From contig RXJA01000188.1 of assembly GCA_003963455.1 (NCBI GenBank), forward strand, positions 17,854 to 81,853: a stretch of DNA of 64,000 bases, given 5' to 3'. Positions 39,455-48,932 of the stretch are shown piece by piece (position 1 is the first letter of the stretch; every line of letters starts with the position of its first letter). The DNA is from Hyphomicrobiales bacterium. Its GTDB lineage: Bacteria; Pseudomonadota; Alphaproteobacteria; Rhizobiales; Rhizobiaceae. The translations under genes were made by a program, and so were the position numbers. The notes beneath the pieces were generated by a model. The model had not been told where the DNA came from, did no database searches, and saw only the letters and a program-made list of their open reading frames with translations.

Positions 39455-40489
39455 ATGAAGACCGTCTTTTCCGATCGTCACAAGATGCAAAGCGTCGAGA
39501 CCGAATTCTATCGGGGCAAATGGGTGGAAGCCTTCGAGATTCCGCGCCGGGCCCAGCTGGTGCTGGACGCGGTGCGGCGTGCCGGCCTCGGCCCCGTCGT
39601 CGAGCCCGAAGGCTTCGGCCTTTCGCCGGTTCTTGCCGTGCATGACCCGGATTTCGTCCGGTTTCTGGAAAACATCTGGGCCGAGTGGGTGGTGGAGGTC
39701 GGAGCCGTTCCGGCCTATCCGAACGTCTGGCCGCCACGGCGCACACGCATGATCCCGACCGTTCGTCCGGGCGCCGAGCTCGGACGCTACGCGGTGGACA
39801 TGAGCAGCCCGATCCTCGAAGGCACCTGGCAGGCCGCGCGTTCGGCGGCCGATTGCGCCTTGACCGGAGCCAGGTTCGTCAACGCCGGCGATCCTTCGGC
39901 CTTCGCGCTCTGCCGCCCGCCCGGTCACCATTCGGGACGCGATTATTTCGGCGGCTACTGCTTTTTGAACAACGCCGCCATCGCCGCGCAATACTTCCGC
40001 GACACCGGCGCGCAACTCGTCGCCGTGCTGGATATCGACTATCACCACGGCAACGGCACGCAGGATATTTTCTACGGCCGCGACGACATCCTGACCGTTT
40101 CGATCCATGGCGACCCGGTCCAGGAATATCCCTATTATATCGGTTTCGCCGACGAGACCGGACAAGGCGCCGGCCAAGGGTTCAATCTCAACCTTCCGCT
40201 GCCGTGGGGAACGGATTTCGCGGGCTGGGGAGCGGCATTGAAACAGGCGATCAGTCGCATAGCCGCGTTTTCTCCCGACCGCCTGGTCGTTTCGCTGGGG
40301 GTGGACGCCTTCGAGGAAGACCCGATCTCCCACTTCAAGCTCCGGGGTCCCGATTTTGTCGAAATAGGGCGTGCCATCGGAGCGCTGGGAGTCCCGGCGC
40401 TGTTCGTGATGGAGGGCGGCTACGCGATCGAGGCGATCGGCACCAACGTCGTGAACGTTCTCACGGGCCATCTCTCCGCGCAGGCATGA
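39455..40489 (+). CDS. Histone deacetylase family / acetylpolyamine amidohydrolase-like
   Basis: RPPGHH, GGYCFLNN, DIDYHHGNGTQ, SLGVD, MEGGY. Confidence 0.9.
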   Translation: MKTVFSDRHKMQSVETEFYRGKWVEAFEIPRRAQLVLDAVRRAGLGPVVEPEGFGLSPVLAVHDPDFVRFLENIWAEWVVEVGAVPAYPNVWPPRRTRMIPTVRPGAELGRYAVDMSSPILEGTWQAARSAADCALTGARFVNAGDPSAFALCRPPGHHSGRDYFGGYCFLNNAAIAAQYFRDTGAQLVAVLDIDYHHGNGTQDIFYGRDDILTVSIHGDPVQEYPYYIGFADETGQGAGQGFNLNLPLPWGTDFAGWGAALKQAISRIAAFSPDRLVVSLGVDAFEEDPISHFKLRGPDFVEIGRAIGALGVPALFVMEGGYAIEAIGTNVVNVLTGHLSAQA

Positions 40490-40531
40490 GATCAGGGCGG
40501 GCACGAGGGCGGGGACAGCCGCCCATGCCGC

Positions 40532-41227
40532 TCAGAAATCCTCGGGAAAGTGCAGCCGCATGAAGGCAAGACAGGCTTCGTGACCTATCTTTTGCCCCTC
40601 GGTGATGGACATGTTCGACACCAGATTCTCGATCCACAATCCCGAGATCAAGGCGTTGAGCGACATCGCCAGCCGCTGGGCATCGACCGCCACGCCGCGC
40701 AACTGCGCAAGCTCGGCCATATCGGCGCAGACGGCCCGGTTATAGTATTCGCGCAGTTCCGCGCATCTTTTGTGATAGGCGGGAACCCGAACCGCCTCGG
40801 CCCAGAAAGCCAGCCACAACGCGATGCTGTCCCGCCCCGCGGCCTTGCGGCTGAAGTCGGTATCGATCATGCGACGAATGCGATCAGCCGGGCCGAGCGC
40901 CGAGGCGTTGAGGCGGGTGAGATAGGCTTCGTATTCCGCCGCCGTATGGTCCAGAGCGGCAAAGATGATGCCTTCCTTGGACTGGAAATGAAACGAAACC
41001 ACGCCGTAGGAACATTTCGCCTCGGCGGCGATCGAGTTGATCGTGACGCCCGTGAGGCCCCGCTTGGAAATAACCTTGACCGCCGCCTCGACAAGACTGC
41101 GGCGGCGGTCGACAACTTGATCGTCACGGCTGACCGCCATCGTCCTGCCAGCAGCCCCCCGCGACCTAGCTTTCAAATCTGACATCAGCTTTTCATTCGA
41201 AAGTGGGTCGGAATCCTGTCTCGCCAT
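40532..41227 (-). CDS. TetR family regulator with BetI-type C-terminal domain
   Basis: RRRSLVEAA...GLTGVTINSIA...SYGVVSFHFQSK HTH; WLAFWAEA and ALISGLW typical of BetI; start may be 41185 or 41140. Confidence 0.88.
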   Translation of the reverse strand: MARQDSDPLSNEKLMSDLKARSRGAAGRTMAVSRDDQVVDRRRSLVEAAVKVISKRGLTGVTINSIAAEAKCSYGVVSFHFQSKEGIIFAALDHTAAEYEAYLTRLNASALGPADRIRRMIDTDFSRKAAGRDSIALWLAFWAEAVRVPAYHKRCAELREYYNRAVCADMAELAQLRGVAVDAQRLAMSLNALISGLWIENLVSNMSITEGQKIGHEACLAFMRLHFPEDF

Positions 41228-41288
41228 GCGCGCCGAAAAGCAAGCCTGATCGTTGTGGAAAGACGTCTAACGCACTGCTTCATTGCCC

Positions 41289-41403
41289 AGGGCATGATGC
41301 CGAAAAGTGTGAAACGGTTTTCGGACGACATCATGCTCTATTTCTTTGATTTGGAGCCGGATTCAGATTTCAGGTCGATTCGACCTGAAATCATCCTGCT
41401 CCA
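41289..41403. repeat. Rhizobial bipartite palindromic repeat (RIME/RPE-type mosaic element)
   Basis: Unit A GCATGATG-CCGAAAA...TTTTCGG...CATCATGC (41292-41336); unit B TGGAGC...GATTTCAGGTCG-ATT-CGACCTGAAATC...GCTCCA (41352-41403); layout recognised as the dispersed Rhizobiales repeat. Confidence 0.8.
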
Positions 41404-42268
41404 GGTCGAGCCCAAGGAAACGCGCTGCGTTGTCGTGCAGCCACAAATTGCGTATCTCCTCGTTCAAGTCGAGGCTGTTCACTTCGGCGACCGCCGCCTC
41501 AACGGACATCATAGGGAAAGCCGACCCGAAGATCATTTTGTGCTTCAGGATCGTGCGGCCATACTGGAGCAGCGGCTCATATCCCGAATGCGCCTTTGCC
41601 AGAAGCTTGGGGCGAACGGCCAGGATGCCGATATAAAGGTTCGGATGGCGCCAGGCCACGCCGATCAGTTCCTGCACCCAAGGCCAGCCGGGCGGTGAGG
41701 CAATGGCCCGCAATTCGGGATAGCGGACCATCACATTGTCCAGATATTCCGGCTTGCCCACCGACATCGGCGTGTGGGTGGAAAAGTTGATGCCGCAATG
41801 GATGTTGACCGGCACGTCGAGCTCGATCGCCTTCTCATAAAGCGGAAAAAGCCGCTCGTCGTCCGGCGTCATCTTCAGCTCGAAACACTGAAGGTTGAGG
41901 CCGCGCAGCCCGAGATAGTTCACCGCATGATCGAACGCGGCCACCGCGTCCGCCCGATACGGATCGACGCCGGCGAAGCCGATGAAGCGCGGGCCGTGCG
42001 CCTTCACGAAATCCGCCACCAATTCGTTCGCGATCTTGAAACCGAACGTCGTGCTCAGATCGCGAGCCTTCAGGACGACATGGCGCGCGCCGAGCCGCTC
42101 ATAGGTCTCCAGATATCCATCCAGCCCCTGCGAGGCTTGCGAGTCCGCCGAGAGCGCCTCGCTCGCCCGGTAGACCCGCCGATAATTCTGCAGATGCGTG
42201 GCGGCGGGGGAAAACTCCGGCAACGGCGGGCGGCTGGAAAAATCGATCAGCATGACGTTCAGTTCCAT
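41363..42268 (-). CDS. Amidohydrolase_2 family TIM-barrel protein (atypical metal ligands)
   Basis: RFIGFAGVDP, LGLRGL, PLYEKA...PVNIHCG, HPNLY, KMIFGS, NAARFLGL. Confidence 0.8.
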   Translation of the reverse strand: MELNVMLIDFSSRPPLPEFSPAATHLQNYRRVYRASEALSADSQASQGLDGYLETYERLGARHVVLKARDLSTTFGFKIANELVADFVKAHGPRFIGFAGVDPYRADAVAAFDHAVNYLGLRGLNLQCFELKMTPDDERLFPLYEKAIELDVPVNIHCGINFSTHTPMSVGKPEYLDNVMVRYPELRAIASPPGWPWVQELIGVAWRHPNLYIGILAVRPKLLAKAHSGYEPLLQYGRTILKHKMIFGSAFPMMSVEAAVAEVNSLDLNEEIRNLWLHDNAARFLGLDLEQDDFRSNRPEI

Positions 42269-43854
42269 TTCCCGCGGTCTTCCAGGATCACCTTGGCCGC
42301 GTTGTGCCCGGGCACGCCGGTGACGCCGCCGCCGGGATGAACCGAGGCGCTGGCCTGATAAAGCCCTTCGATCGGACTGCGATAATCGGCATAGTTCGGC
42401 GAGAACCGGCGGAAGAACATCTGGTCGGCGCTGATTTCACCGTGATGCACATGACCGTTCGGAAGGTCGAAGATCCGCTCCAGGTCCAGCGGCGTGATGA
42501 CCTGCCGCTGCAGGATGTGATCCTCGATGTCAGGGAACTGGGTCTTGAGGACCTTCAGCACATTCTCCCACAATTCCTCGCGCCGCTCGTCCCAGCTGCC
42601 TCTGGCCAGCGTGTAGGGCGCATGTCCGCCGAAGATGTTCATGATGTGATGCCCAGGAGGCGCCAGCGTCGGATCCACCATCGACGGCACCTTGACGATC
42701 AGGAACGGCCTGTCGGCCATCTCGCCCTCCTGTGAGATGCGATGCGCGCGTTCCATGTAGGCCACGCTTGGGGCGATCGTCATTTGCGGCAGGATGCCGC
42801 CTTCGCGAGCGGCCTGAGCGAAGACAGGCGCGTCCGGCAGCGACTTCAAGGCCAGGTTGACGCGAAACACCGTACTTTCGCAGCGGATGTTGGCGATGTC
42901 GCGGTTGAAGTCCTCGGGCAGCAGGCCGGGCTCGATGAGCCTGGTGAAGACCGTGCGCGCCGTCGCATTGGCTATGACTATCTTCGAGCGGACGTCCTCG
43001 CCTCCAACGAGGCGGACGCCGACGGCACGTCCGTTCTCGATCAGGATCTTCTCGACCGGAGCGCCGGCGCGGACCTCCATCCCATGCGCCTCGCCCGAAC
43101 GGCGGATGGCTTCCGAGATCGCGCCCATTCCGCCTTTCATGAAACCCGCCGGCCCCGCCGGCGTGCTCCCGTCGCGCACGATGCCACGGGCCAGCATGTA
43201 AGCCGAGCCCGGCGTCTTCAGGCTGGAATTGGCGCCGCCGCCGCCGGCAAAGAAGCCGAGGACCAGCTTCACGTCCTCCGACTCGAACCAGCGCGACAGG
43301 TAGTCGTAGGCGCTCATGGTCAGAAGGTTGTAGATGTCGAAAAATTGCGGACCGATCTTGCGAAAGCGCCACACGAAGCCGGCCATGCGCCTCAGGTCGC
43401 GGATCCTGCCGCTGCCGGGATTGACCGGAACCTCCCACAGAAGCTGCTTCATGAAGGGGGCGATCTTCTGCATATGCGCCCGATAGCGCGCATAGGCCTG
43501 GCCGTCCGAGTTCGAAAGCCTGCCGATTTCGGCGGCGAATTTCTCGGGATCGTCCCACATGGTGAAGGTCCTGCCGCCCTCGAGCGCAAAGACGGTGGGA
43601 TGCGCAGGCAGCACTTCGAACCCGTATTTCTGCAGCTCGAGATCAAGGATGACCTTGGGCTGCAGGAGGCCCTGATAGTAGGACGCCATCGACGAGCGAT
43701 ACCCTGGCGCGATCTCCCCGGTGACGGCGGCTCCGCCGATGACGTCGCGTCGCTCGACCACGAGGACCTTGACCCCGGCGCGCGAAAGATAGGCGCCACA
43801 GGTCAGCCCGTTGTGCCCGCCACCGACGATAATGGCGTCATAATGCGGTTTCAT
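42259..43854 (-). CDS. Phytoene desaturase family (COG1233-like) FAD oxidoreductase
   Basis: GGGHNGL...ERR...GGAA, GGMGAIS, DPTLAPPG, TPLDLE, HPGGGVTGVPGHNA; start MKPHY (43854). Confidence 0.88.
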   Translation of the reverse strand: MKPHYDAIIVGGGHNGLTCGAYLSRAGVKVLVVERRDVIGGAAVTGEIAPGYRSSMASYYQGLLQPKVILDLELQKYGFEVLPAHPTVFALEGGRTFTMWDDPEKFAAEIGRLSNSDGQAYARYRAHMQKIAPFMKQLLWEVPVNPGSGRIRDLRRMAGFVWRFRKIGPQFFDIYNLLTMSAYDYLSRWFESEDVKLVLGFFAGGGGANSSLKTPGSAYMLARGIVRDGSTPAGPAGFMKGGMGAISEAIRRSGEAHGMEVRAGAPVEKILIENGRAVGVRLVGGEDVRSKIVIANATARTVFTRLIEPGLLPEDFNRDIANIRCESTVFRVNLALKSLPDAPVFAQAAREGGILPQMTIAPSVAYMERAHRISQEGEMADRPFLIVKVPSMVDPTLAPPGHHIMNIFGGHAPYTLARGSWDERREELWENVLKVLKTQFPDIEDHILQRQVITPLDLERIFDLPNGHVHHGEISADQMFFRRFSPNYADYRSPIEGLYQASASVHPGGGVTGVPGHNAAKVILEDRGKWN

Positions 43855-45506
43855 GCATTGGCTCCCTCGATCCAGGCGCCGACGGTGCAGTCGTAGGAGC
43901 CTGCCCTCGGATCGGTGTCGCGCGCCTTGAGCTGCGGCTTGGATATCTTCAGCGAGGCCGTGCGGGGAAAATCCTCGACGAAGGCATAGAAGCGGGGGAC
44001 CTTGAAGGCGGCGAGACCGGCCTGGGCCGTGGCGATGACGCCGTCCAGAAGCGCCCGATCGGGCCTCTGCCCTTCCTTGAGTTTCAGATAGGCCTTGACC
44101 TCCTCGCCCCTGAGCGGGTCCGGCACGCCGACCACGGCGACTTCGGCCACCCCTGGGGCCGCGGCAAGAACCGTCTCGACCTCGCGCGCGGCGATGTTCT
44201 CGGCCGAACGCCGGATCATGTCCTTCTTGCGGCCGACGATGTAGAAGAAGCCGTCCTCGTCCTGGCGAAACAGATCGCCAGTGGAGAACCACCCGTCACG
44301 CAAGACCTCGGCGGTCGCGTCCGGATTGTTGTAGTAGCCCAGCATGATGCCGGGGCCGCTGATCTGCAATTCGCCGATAGCTCCCTGCGGAACGGGATTG
44401 CCTGCCTCGTCGACGATGCGGCATTGCCGGAACGGACAGGGCACCCCGCATGATCCGGATCCGACCTTGTCGGAGCGCTCGATGGGGGCAAACATGGCCG
44501 GGCCGACTTCCGTCATGCCGAAAGCCTCGCGCGCATTCAGGTCGAAGCGCGTTTCCAGCGCCTGGTGAAGATCGCGCGGGCAGCCATAGATATTGGCGCG
44601 CACCACCTTGTTGTCAGCGTCATGCGGCTGCGCTGCGATACCGTGCAAGACCCAGGGCAGCAGGCAGAACTCGATATCGAACTCCTTCAGCCACAGGGAA
44701 AATCGGCTGGTCGACTGACGCGCGGCGACGAAGAGCGTGCCCCTCTGGTACATGGTCATCAGCAGCAGCCATTGCGGATCCATGTAGAAGAAAGGTGTCG
44801 AGGCCAGAATGCGGCGATAGACCCTGCCGTCGCGAAACGCATTCACCTTGCCGGCGGAGATCCAGTAGCGCTGGCTGAGCATGCAGCCCTTCGGAAAGCC
44901 GCTGGTGCCCGAGGTGAACTGGATGTTCAGCAGATCGTCGTGTCCGACGGGCTCGGGCGCGGTGAAGCTATCGGCCGGTTTGGCCAGCGCCTGCCAGTCG
45001 CGCGCGCCGTCCGTCACGTCGCGGCCGACGACGATCATCCGCTCCGGCGGCACCGACACCAACCCTTCGGCATGCGCCTGATCGAGCGCCGAGCGGGCGG
45101 AGGCATGGGTGACGACCCATTCGGCCTCGGCCACCTGCATGACATGCGCGATCTCGCGCGGCGTGTAGCCGGGGTTGATGGGCAGCATCACCGCGCCGAT
45201 CCTGCCCAGAGCCAGCCAGGTCAGCGGAAAGGCGGCGATGTTGGGCAGCATCACCCCGACATGGGTGCCTTTGCGGATGCCGATCGCCAGAAGGCCCGCC
45301 GCAAGCCCGTTCACGGTACGCCGCATATCGGCATAGGTGATGGTTTCACCGCTCTCGAAGAAATTCCACAACAGCCTGTCGCCGGCCTCGTCGGCGGCGG
45401 CGTCGATCAACGCGCCGATATTGTCCGGCAGCGGCTCGGACTCGATGAGACGACGGCGTTCGTCATACCCGACGATCGGTTGCGCCAGGACTACGTCCTT
45501 CCACAT
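43851..45506 (-). CDS. AMP-forming acyl-CoA ligase (CaiC-like)
   Basis: FTSGTSGFPKG, AFGMTE, FSTGD, GRKKDMIRR, KIS; start MWKDV (45506) after GGAGG. Confidence 0.9.
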   Translation of the reverse strand: MWKDVVLAQPIVGYDERRRLIESEPLPDNIGALIDAAADEAGDRLLWNFFESGETITYADMRRTVNGLAAGLLAIGIRKGTHVGVMLPNIAAFPLTWLALGRIGAVMLPINPGYTPREIAHVMQVAEAEWVVTHASARSALDQAHAEGLVSVPPERMIVVGRDVTDGARDWQALAKPADSFTAPEPVGHDDLLNIQFTSGTSGFPKGCMLSQRYWISAGKVNAFRDGRVYRRILASTPFFYMDPQWLLLMTMYQRGTLFVAARQSTSRFSLWLKEFDIEFCLLPWVLHGIAAQPHDADNKVVRANIYGCPRDLHQALETRFDLNAREAFGMTEVGPAMFAPIERSDKVGSGSCGVPCPFRQCRIVDEAGNPVPQGAIGELQISGPGIMLGYYNNPDATAEVLRDGWFSTGDLFRQDEDGFFYIVGRKKDMIRRSAENIAAREVETVLAAAPGVAEVAVVGVPDPLRGEEVKAYLKLKEGQRPDRALLDGVIATAQAGLAAFKVPRFYAFVEDFPRTASLKISKPQLKARDTDPRAGSYDCTVGAWIEGANA

Positions 45507-45585
45507 TTCCACCTCCGGATGCAGCAGGTCAGCGCTCGGTTCCGACAGGCCGCGCCGTTCGCGAAGGAAGGCGCGGCCTCGGCAG

Positions 45586-47073
45586 TCAGTGGGCGAACCA
45601 CATCGCCTTGAGGTCGGTATACTTGTCCATCGCGTGCAGGGACTTGTCGCGGCCGAAGCCGGATTGCTTGAAGCCGCCGAAGGGAGCCGCCATCGAACCG
45701 CGATCAAAGCAGTTGACCCACACCACGCCCGCCTTGATCGCCTTGGCGGCACGGTGCGCGTTCTTGACCGAACCCGTCCAGACCGCGCCGGCAAGCCCGT
45801 AGATCGTGTCGTTCGCCACTTCCATCGCCTCATCGAAGCCGTTGACGGTGATGGCCGCCAGGACCGGGCCGAAGATCTCTTCCCGCGCGATCGTCATGTC
45901 GTTGCGGACGCGATCGAAAATCGTCGGCTCGATATAGAAGCCGCCGGTCTCGACACGGACCCGGCTACCGCCGATCAGCGTTGTCGCTCCTTCCGCGCGG
46001 CCGGCATCGATATAGCCAAGCACCCGGTCCATCTGCTCCTCGGTGACCAGCGAGCCCATGCGGGTGGTCGCGTCCAGGGGGTCGCCCGGCGTGAAGGACT
46101 TCGCCTGCGCCGCTATCTTCTCGAACAGCGCGTCGCGAACCTTCTCGTCGACGATCAGGCGGCTGCCGGCGTTGCAGACCTGCCCGGTATTGGCGAAAAT
46201 ACCGGCGGCGACGCCGGCGGCGGCCGCGTCCAGATCGTCGCAATCGGCAAGCACGACCTGAGGCGACTTGCCGCCCAGTTCGAGGCCGATGCGCTTGATG
46301 TTCGATTGACCCGAATACTGCATGAAATATTTGCCGACCTCGGTCGAGCCGGTGAAGCCGACGCAATCGACGTCCATATGCAGGCCGAGCGCCTTGCCGG
46401 CGATGTGGCCGAGGCCGGGCACGACATTCAACACGCCGGGTGGAAGCCCCGCCTCGACCGCCAGCTCGCCGAACTTCAACGCCGTGAAAGGCGACTGCTC
46501 GGCCGGCTTCAGGACCACCGAATTGCCCGTGGCCAGCGCCGGCCCGAGCTTCCAGGCCGCCATCGACATCGGATAGTTCCAGGGCACGACGGCGGCGACG
46601 ACACCCAGGGGCTCGCGCACGACCAGCGTCGTCATTTCATGGGCGGTCGCCGCCACCTCGCCATAGACCTTGTCGATGGCCTCGGCATACCAGGCGATGC
46701 AGTTCGCGGCGCTGACCACATCGCCGTTGAACGCATTGGCGATCGGCTTGCCGACATTGAGCGTCTCCAGCAGCGCCAGCTCCTCGCGGTTGGCCAGGAT
46801 CAGCTCGGCGAAGCGCAGCATTATCCTGCGCCGGTCGACCGGCGCCATGCGCGACCAGACACCCGCGTTAAAGGCGTTGCGCGCCGAACGGACCGCCTTG
46901 TCGACATCGGCCTCGTTGCACGAGGCCACCTGTGTCAGCAGCCGCCCATCGCCGGGATAGACGCAAGGAAAGGTCTCGTTCGAAACGCTGTCGACATATT
47001 GGCCATCGATGAAGGGGCGGTTCGGCAGCCGTACCGATTTTGCACGCGCGTGCCAGTCGATCGTTTGCAGCAT
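45586..47073 (-). CDS. Aldehyde dehydrogenase, PuuC-like (aminoaldehyde)
   Basis: WYAEAIDKVYGE, VPWNYP, FTGSTEVG, LELGGKSP, NTGQVCNAGS, GRDKSLHAMDKYT; start MLQTI (47073). Confidence 0.9.
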   Translation of the reverse strand: MLQTIDWHARAKSVRLPNRPFIDGQYVDSVSNETFPCVYPGDGRLLTQVASCNEADVDKAVRSARNAFNAGVWSRMAPVDRRRIMLRFAELILANREELALLETLNVGKPIANAFNGDVVSAANCIAWYAEAIDKVYGEVAATAHEMTTLVVREPLGVVAAVVPWNYPMSMAAWKLGPALATGNSVVLKPAEQSPFTALKFGELAVEAGLPPGVLNVVPGLGHIAGKALGLHMDVDCVGFTGSTEVGKYFMQYSGQSNIKRIGLELGGKSPQVVLADCDDLDAAAAGVAAGIFANTGQVCNAGSRLIVDEKVRDALFEKIAAQAKSFTPGDPLDATTRMGSLVTEEQMDRVLGYIDAGRAEGATTLIGGSRVRVETGGFYIEPTIFDRVRNDMTIAREEIFGPVLAAITVNGFDEAMEVANDTIYGLAGAVWTGSVKNAHRAAKAIKAGVVWVNCFDRGSMAAPFGGFKQSGFGRDKSLHAMDKYTDLKAMWFAH

Positions 47074-47128
47074 GTCAGTCCAATCCTGTTGTTGAGATTT
47101 GTGCCCGGCCGGCTTCGGGCGCCCGCCC

Positions 47129-48502
47129 CTAGCGGCTAAGACCATGCGCCGCGCCGACCTCTGAAATCGCCTGCCGCATGATGGCGACGATGTCGTCGAT
47201 CTGTTCACGGCTGATGACGAGCGGCGGCGAGATGACACACAGGTCTCCCAGCGGCCGGACGATCAGGCCGAGATCGAAGCAGCGCTGGTCGATCTCCCGG
47301 GTGAAGGCCTTGTCTTCGTCCAGCGGGTCGATCCGGTTGACGTCCAGCAGACATTGGACACACCCCACCAATCCGACGGAGCGGACATCGGCCACGCCCG
47401 GCAGATCGGACAGGGAACGCAAGCCTTCGGCGAAATAGTCCGCCTGGGCACGCGCATGCTCGACCACGCCGTCACGCTCCATCAGCGCGATGTTGGCCAG
47501 CGCCGCCGCGCAGGCCACCGGCTGGTTGGTGTAGGTATAGCCGTTGGTGAACCAGCTGCCTTTGGCGTTATCGCCGGAAACCCGCGCCAGCACCTTGTCG
47601 GAGATCGCAAGCCCACCCAGCGGCACATAGCCGGACGTCACTCCCTTGGCGAAGGTGATGATGTCGGGGACGACGCCGAACACCTTCTCCGACGCGAACC
47701 ATTCGCCGCAGCGGCCGAAGCCGGTGACCACCTCGTCCGAGATGTAGAGGATGTCGTGCTTTTCGCAGATCGCCTTGAAGCAGGCGTGATAGCCCTTCGG
47801 CGGAATGATGACGCCACCCGAGGCCAGGATCGGCTCGGCAAGGAAAGCAGCGATCGTGTCCGCGCCGAGTTCCGCGATCCGGTCCTCGAACTCCGTCACC
47901 AGATCGTCGAGGAATTCCTCCTGCGTCCGGTTGCCGGCGTGCCGCGGATTGGGGCTCGACAGGAACGAGATCCTGTCCTGCTGGATATCGAAGTTCGGCC
48001 AGTTGCCCGTGCGTCCGGTGCAGGCGGCAGTCAGCGCCGTCGAGCCGTGGTAGCCGTCATAGCGCACGATGATGCGCTTCTTGTTCGGCCGCCCCAGCAC
48101 GTTGTTGTAGAACTCGGAAAACCGCAGCGCGCTGTCGACGGCGGTCGACCCTCCGGTGGTGAAGAATATCCGATTGAGGTCGCCCGGCGTCAGCGTCGCG
48201 ATCTTCTCGGCGAGCCGTGCAGCCGGACTCGTGGCCATATACCAGGGAGACGCGTAAGGAAGCGTCATTGCCTGATGCGCGATGGCATCCACGATCTCCT
48301 TGCGACCATAGCCGACCTGTGCGCACCACATGCCCGCTGGACCGTCGATGAGCCTGCGCCCGTCTTCCGCATAGACATAGATTCCCTCGGCATGCGTCAG
48401 AACCGGCTGGGAAGACGTTCCAAGCTTCGCCATTTCCTGCGCGGGCACGAGAACGTGCTCGCGCATCGCGCTCTTGACGCCGTCCTCCATAACATCCGCC
48501 AT
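47129..48502 (-). CDS. Class III PLP aminotransferase (omega-amine / polyamine type)
   Basis: GMWCAQVGYG, GYHGST, AEPILASGG, SDEVVTGFGR, FAKGVTSGY. Confidence 0.92.
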   Translation of the reverse strand: MADVMEDGVKSAMREHVLVPAQEMAKLGTSSQPVLTHAEGIYVYAEDGRRLIDGPAGMWCAQVGYGRKEIVDAIAHQAMTLPYASPWYMATSPAARLAEKIATLTPGDLNRIFFTTGGSTAVDSALRFSEFYNNVLGRPNKKRIIVRYDGYHGSTALTAACTGRTGNWPNFDIQQDRISFLSSPNPRHAGNRTQEEFLDDLVTEFEDRIAELGADTIAAFLAEPILASGGVIIPPKGYHACFKAICEKHDILYISDEVVTGFGRCGEWFASEKVFGVVPDIITFAKGVTSGYVPLGGLAISDKVLARVSGDNAKGSWFTNGYTYTNQPVACAAALANIALMERDGVVEHARAQADYFAEGLRSLSDLPGVADVRSVGLVGCVQCLLDVNRIDPLDEDKAFTREIDQRCFDLGLIVRPLGDLCVISPPLVISREQIDDIVAIMRQAISEVGAAHGLSR

Positions 48503-48595
48503 ACGCGGCCTCCCATATGATTGACCAACGGACCCGCATGACCTTCATCGGCCACCACCCGCCTTCCTCCAAGTAGTGGGGCAAGCAGTGTCCGG

Positions 48596-48625
48596 TGTCA
48601 ACAATTCTGATTGCTCAATCAATCA
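48596..48625. promoter_or_regulatory. Second BetI-like operator next to a minus-strand -35 box
   Basis: TGATTGCTCAATCAATCA (48608-48625, 16/18 identical to 37945-37962) preceded by TGTCAA; partial copy TGATTGACCAA at 48518-48528. Confidence 0.7.
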
Positions 48626-48932
48626 AAAAACTCACCGCCCGCGACAGAGGATGGACAAGGCCCCGCCCCACCGCGCGTTGCGCATCCCGGCTCCCGGCGC
48701 GGCGCCGTGACGCCTGCGCCAGCCCGAACGAAAGAAATCCGCCGTCCGGCGACAAGGGTCCGAATCGGTAGGCGGCAAATTTTCGAGGCCCTCGCCATCC
48801 GCCGGTCCGAGGGGGCTCTCCGGTCGAGCGACGAAACGGGCGCCCGAACTTCGTCCTGTCGGCCGCCGACCTTGGTCGGCCTTGCCGTGCTTAAGAATCA
48901 CCTCATATTGTAGCGCAGGCTGAGGATCACTG

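Noticed and set aside
41289-41403. CRISPR repeat or IS terminal inverted repeats
   Set aside because: Only two dissimilar palindromes, no spacer array, no cas gene or transposase
41255-41698. 147-aa and 96-aa plus-strand ORFs across the repeat
   Set aside because: They arise from the palindromic element plus the antisense strand of the amidohydrolase gene
42259-43854. Carotenoid biosynthesis (crtI)
   Set aside because: No crtB, crtE or crtY nearby; the protein fits the broader COG1233 family within a catabolic operon
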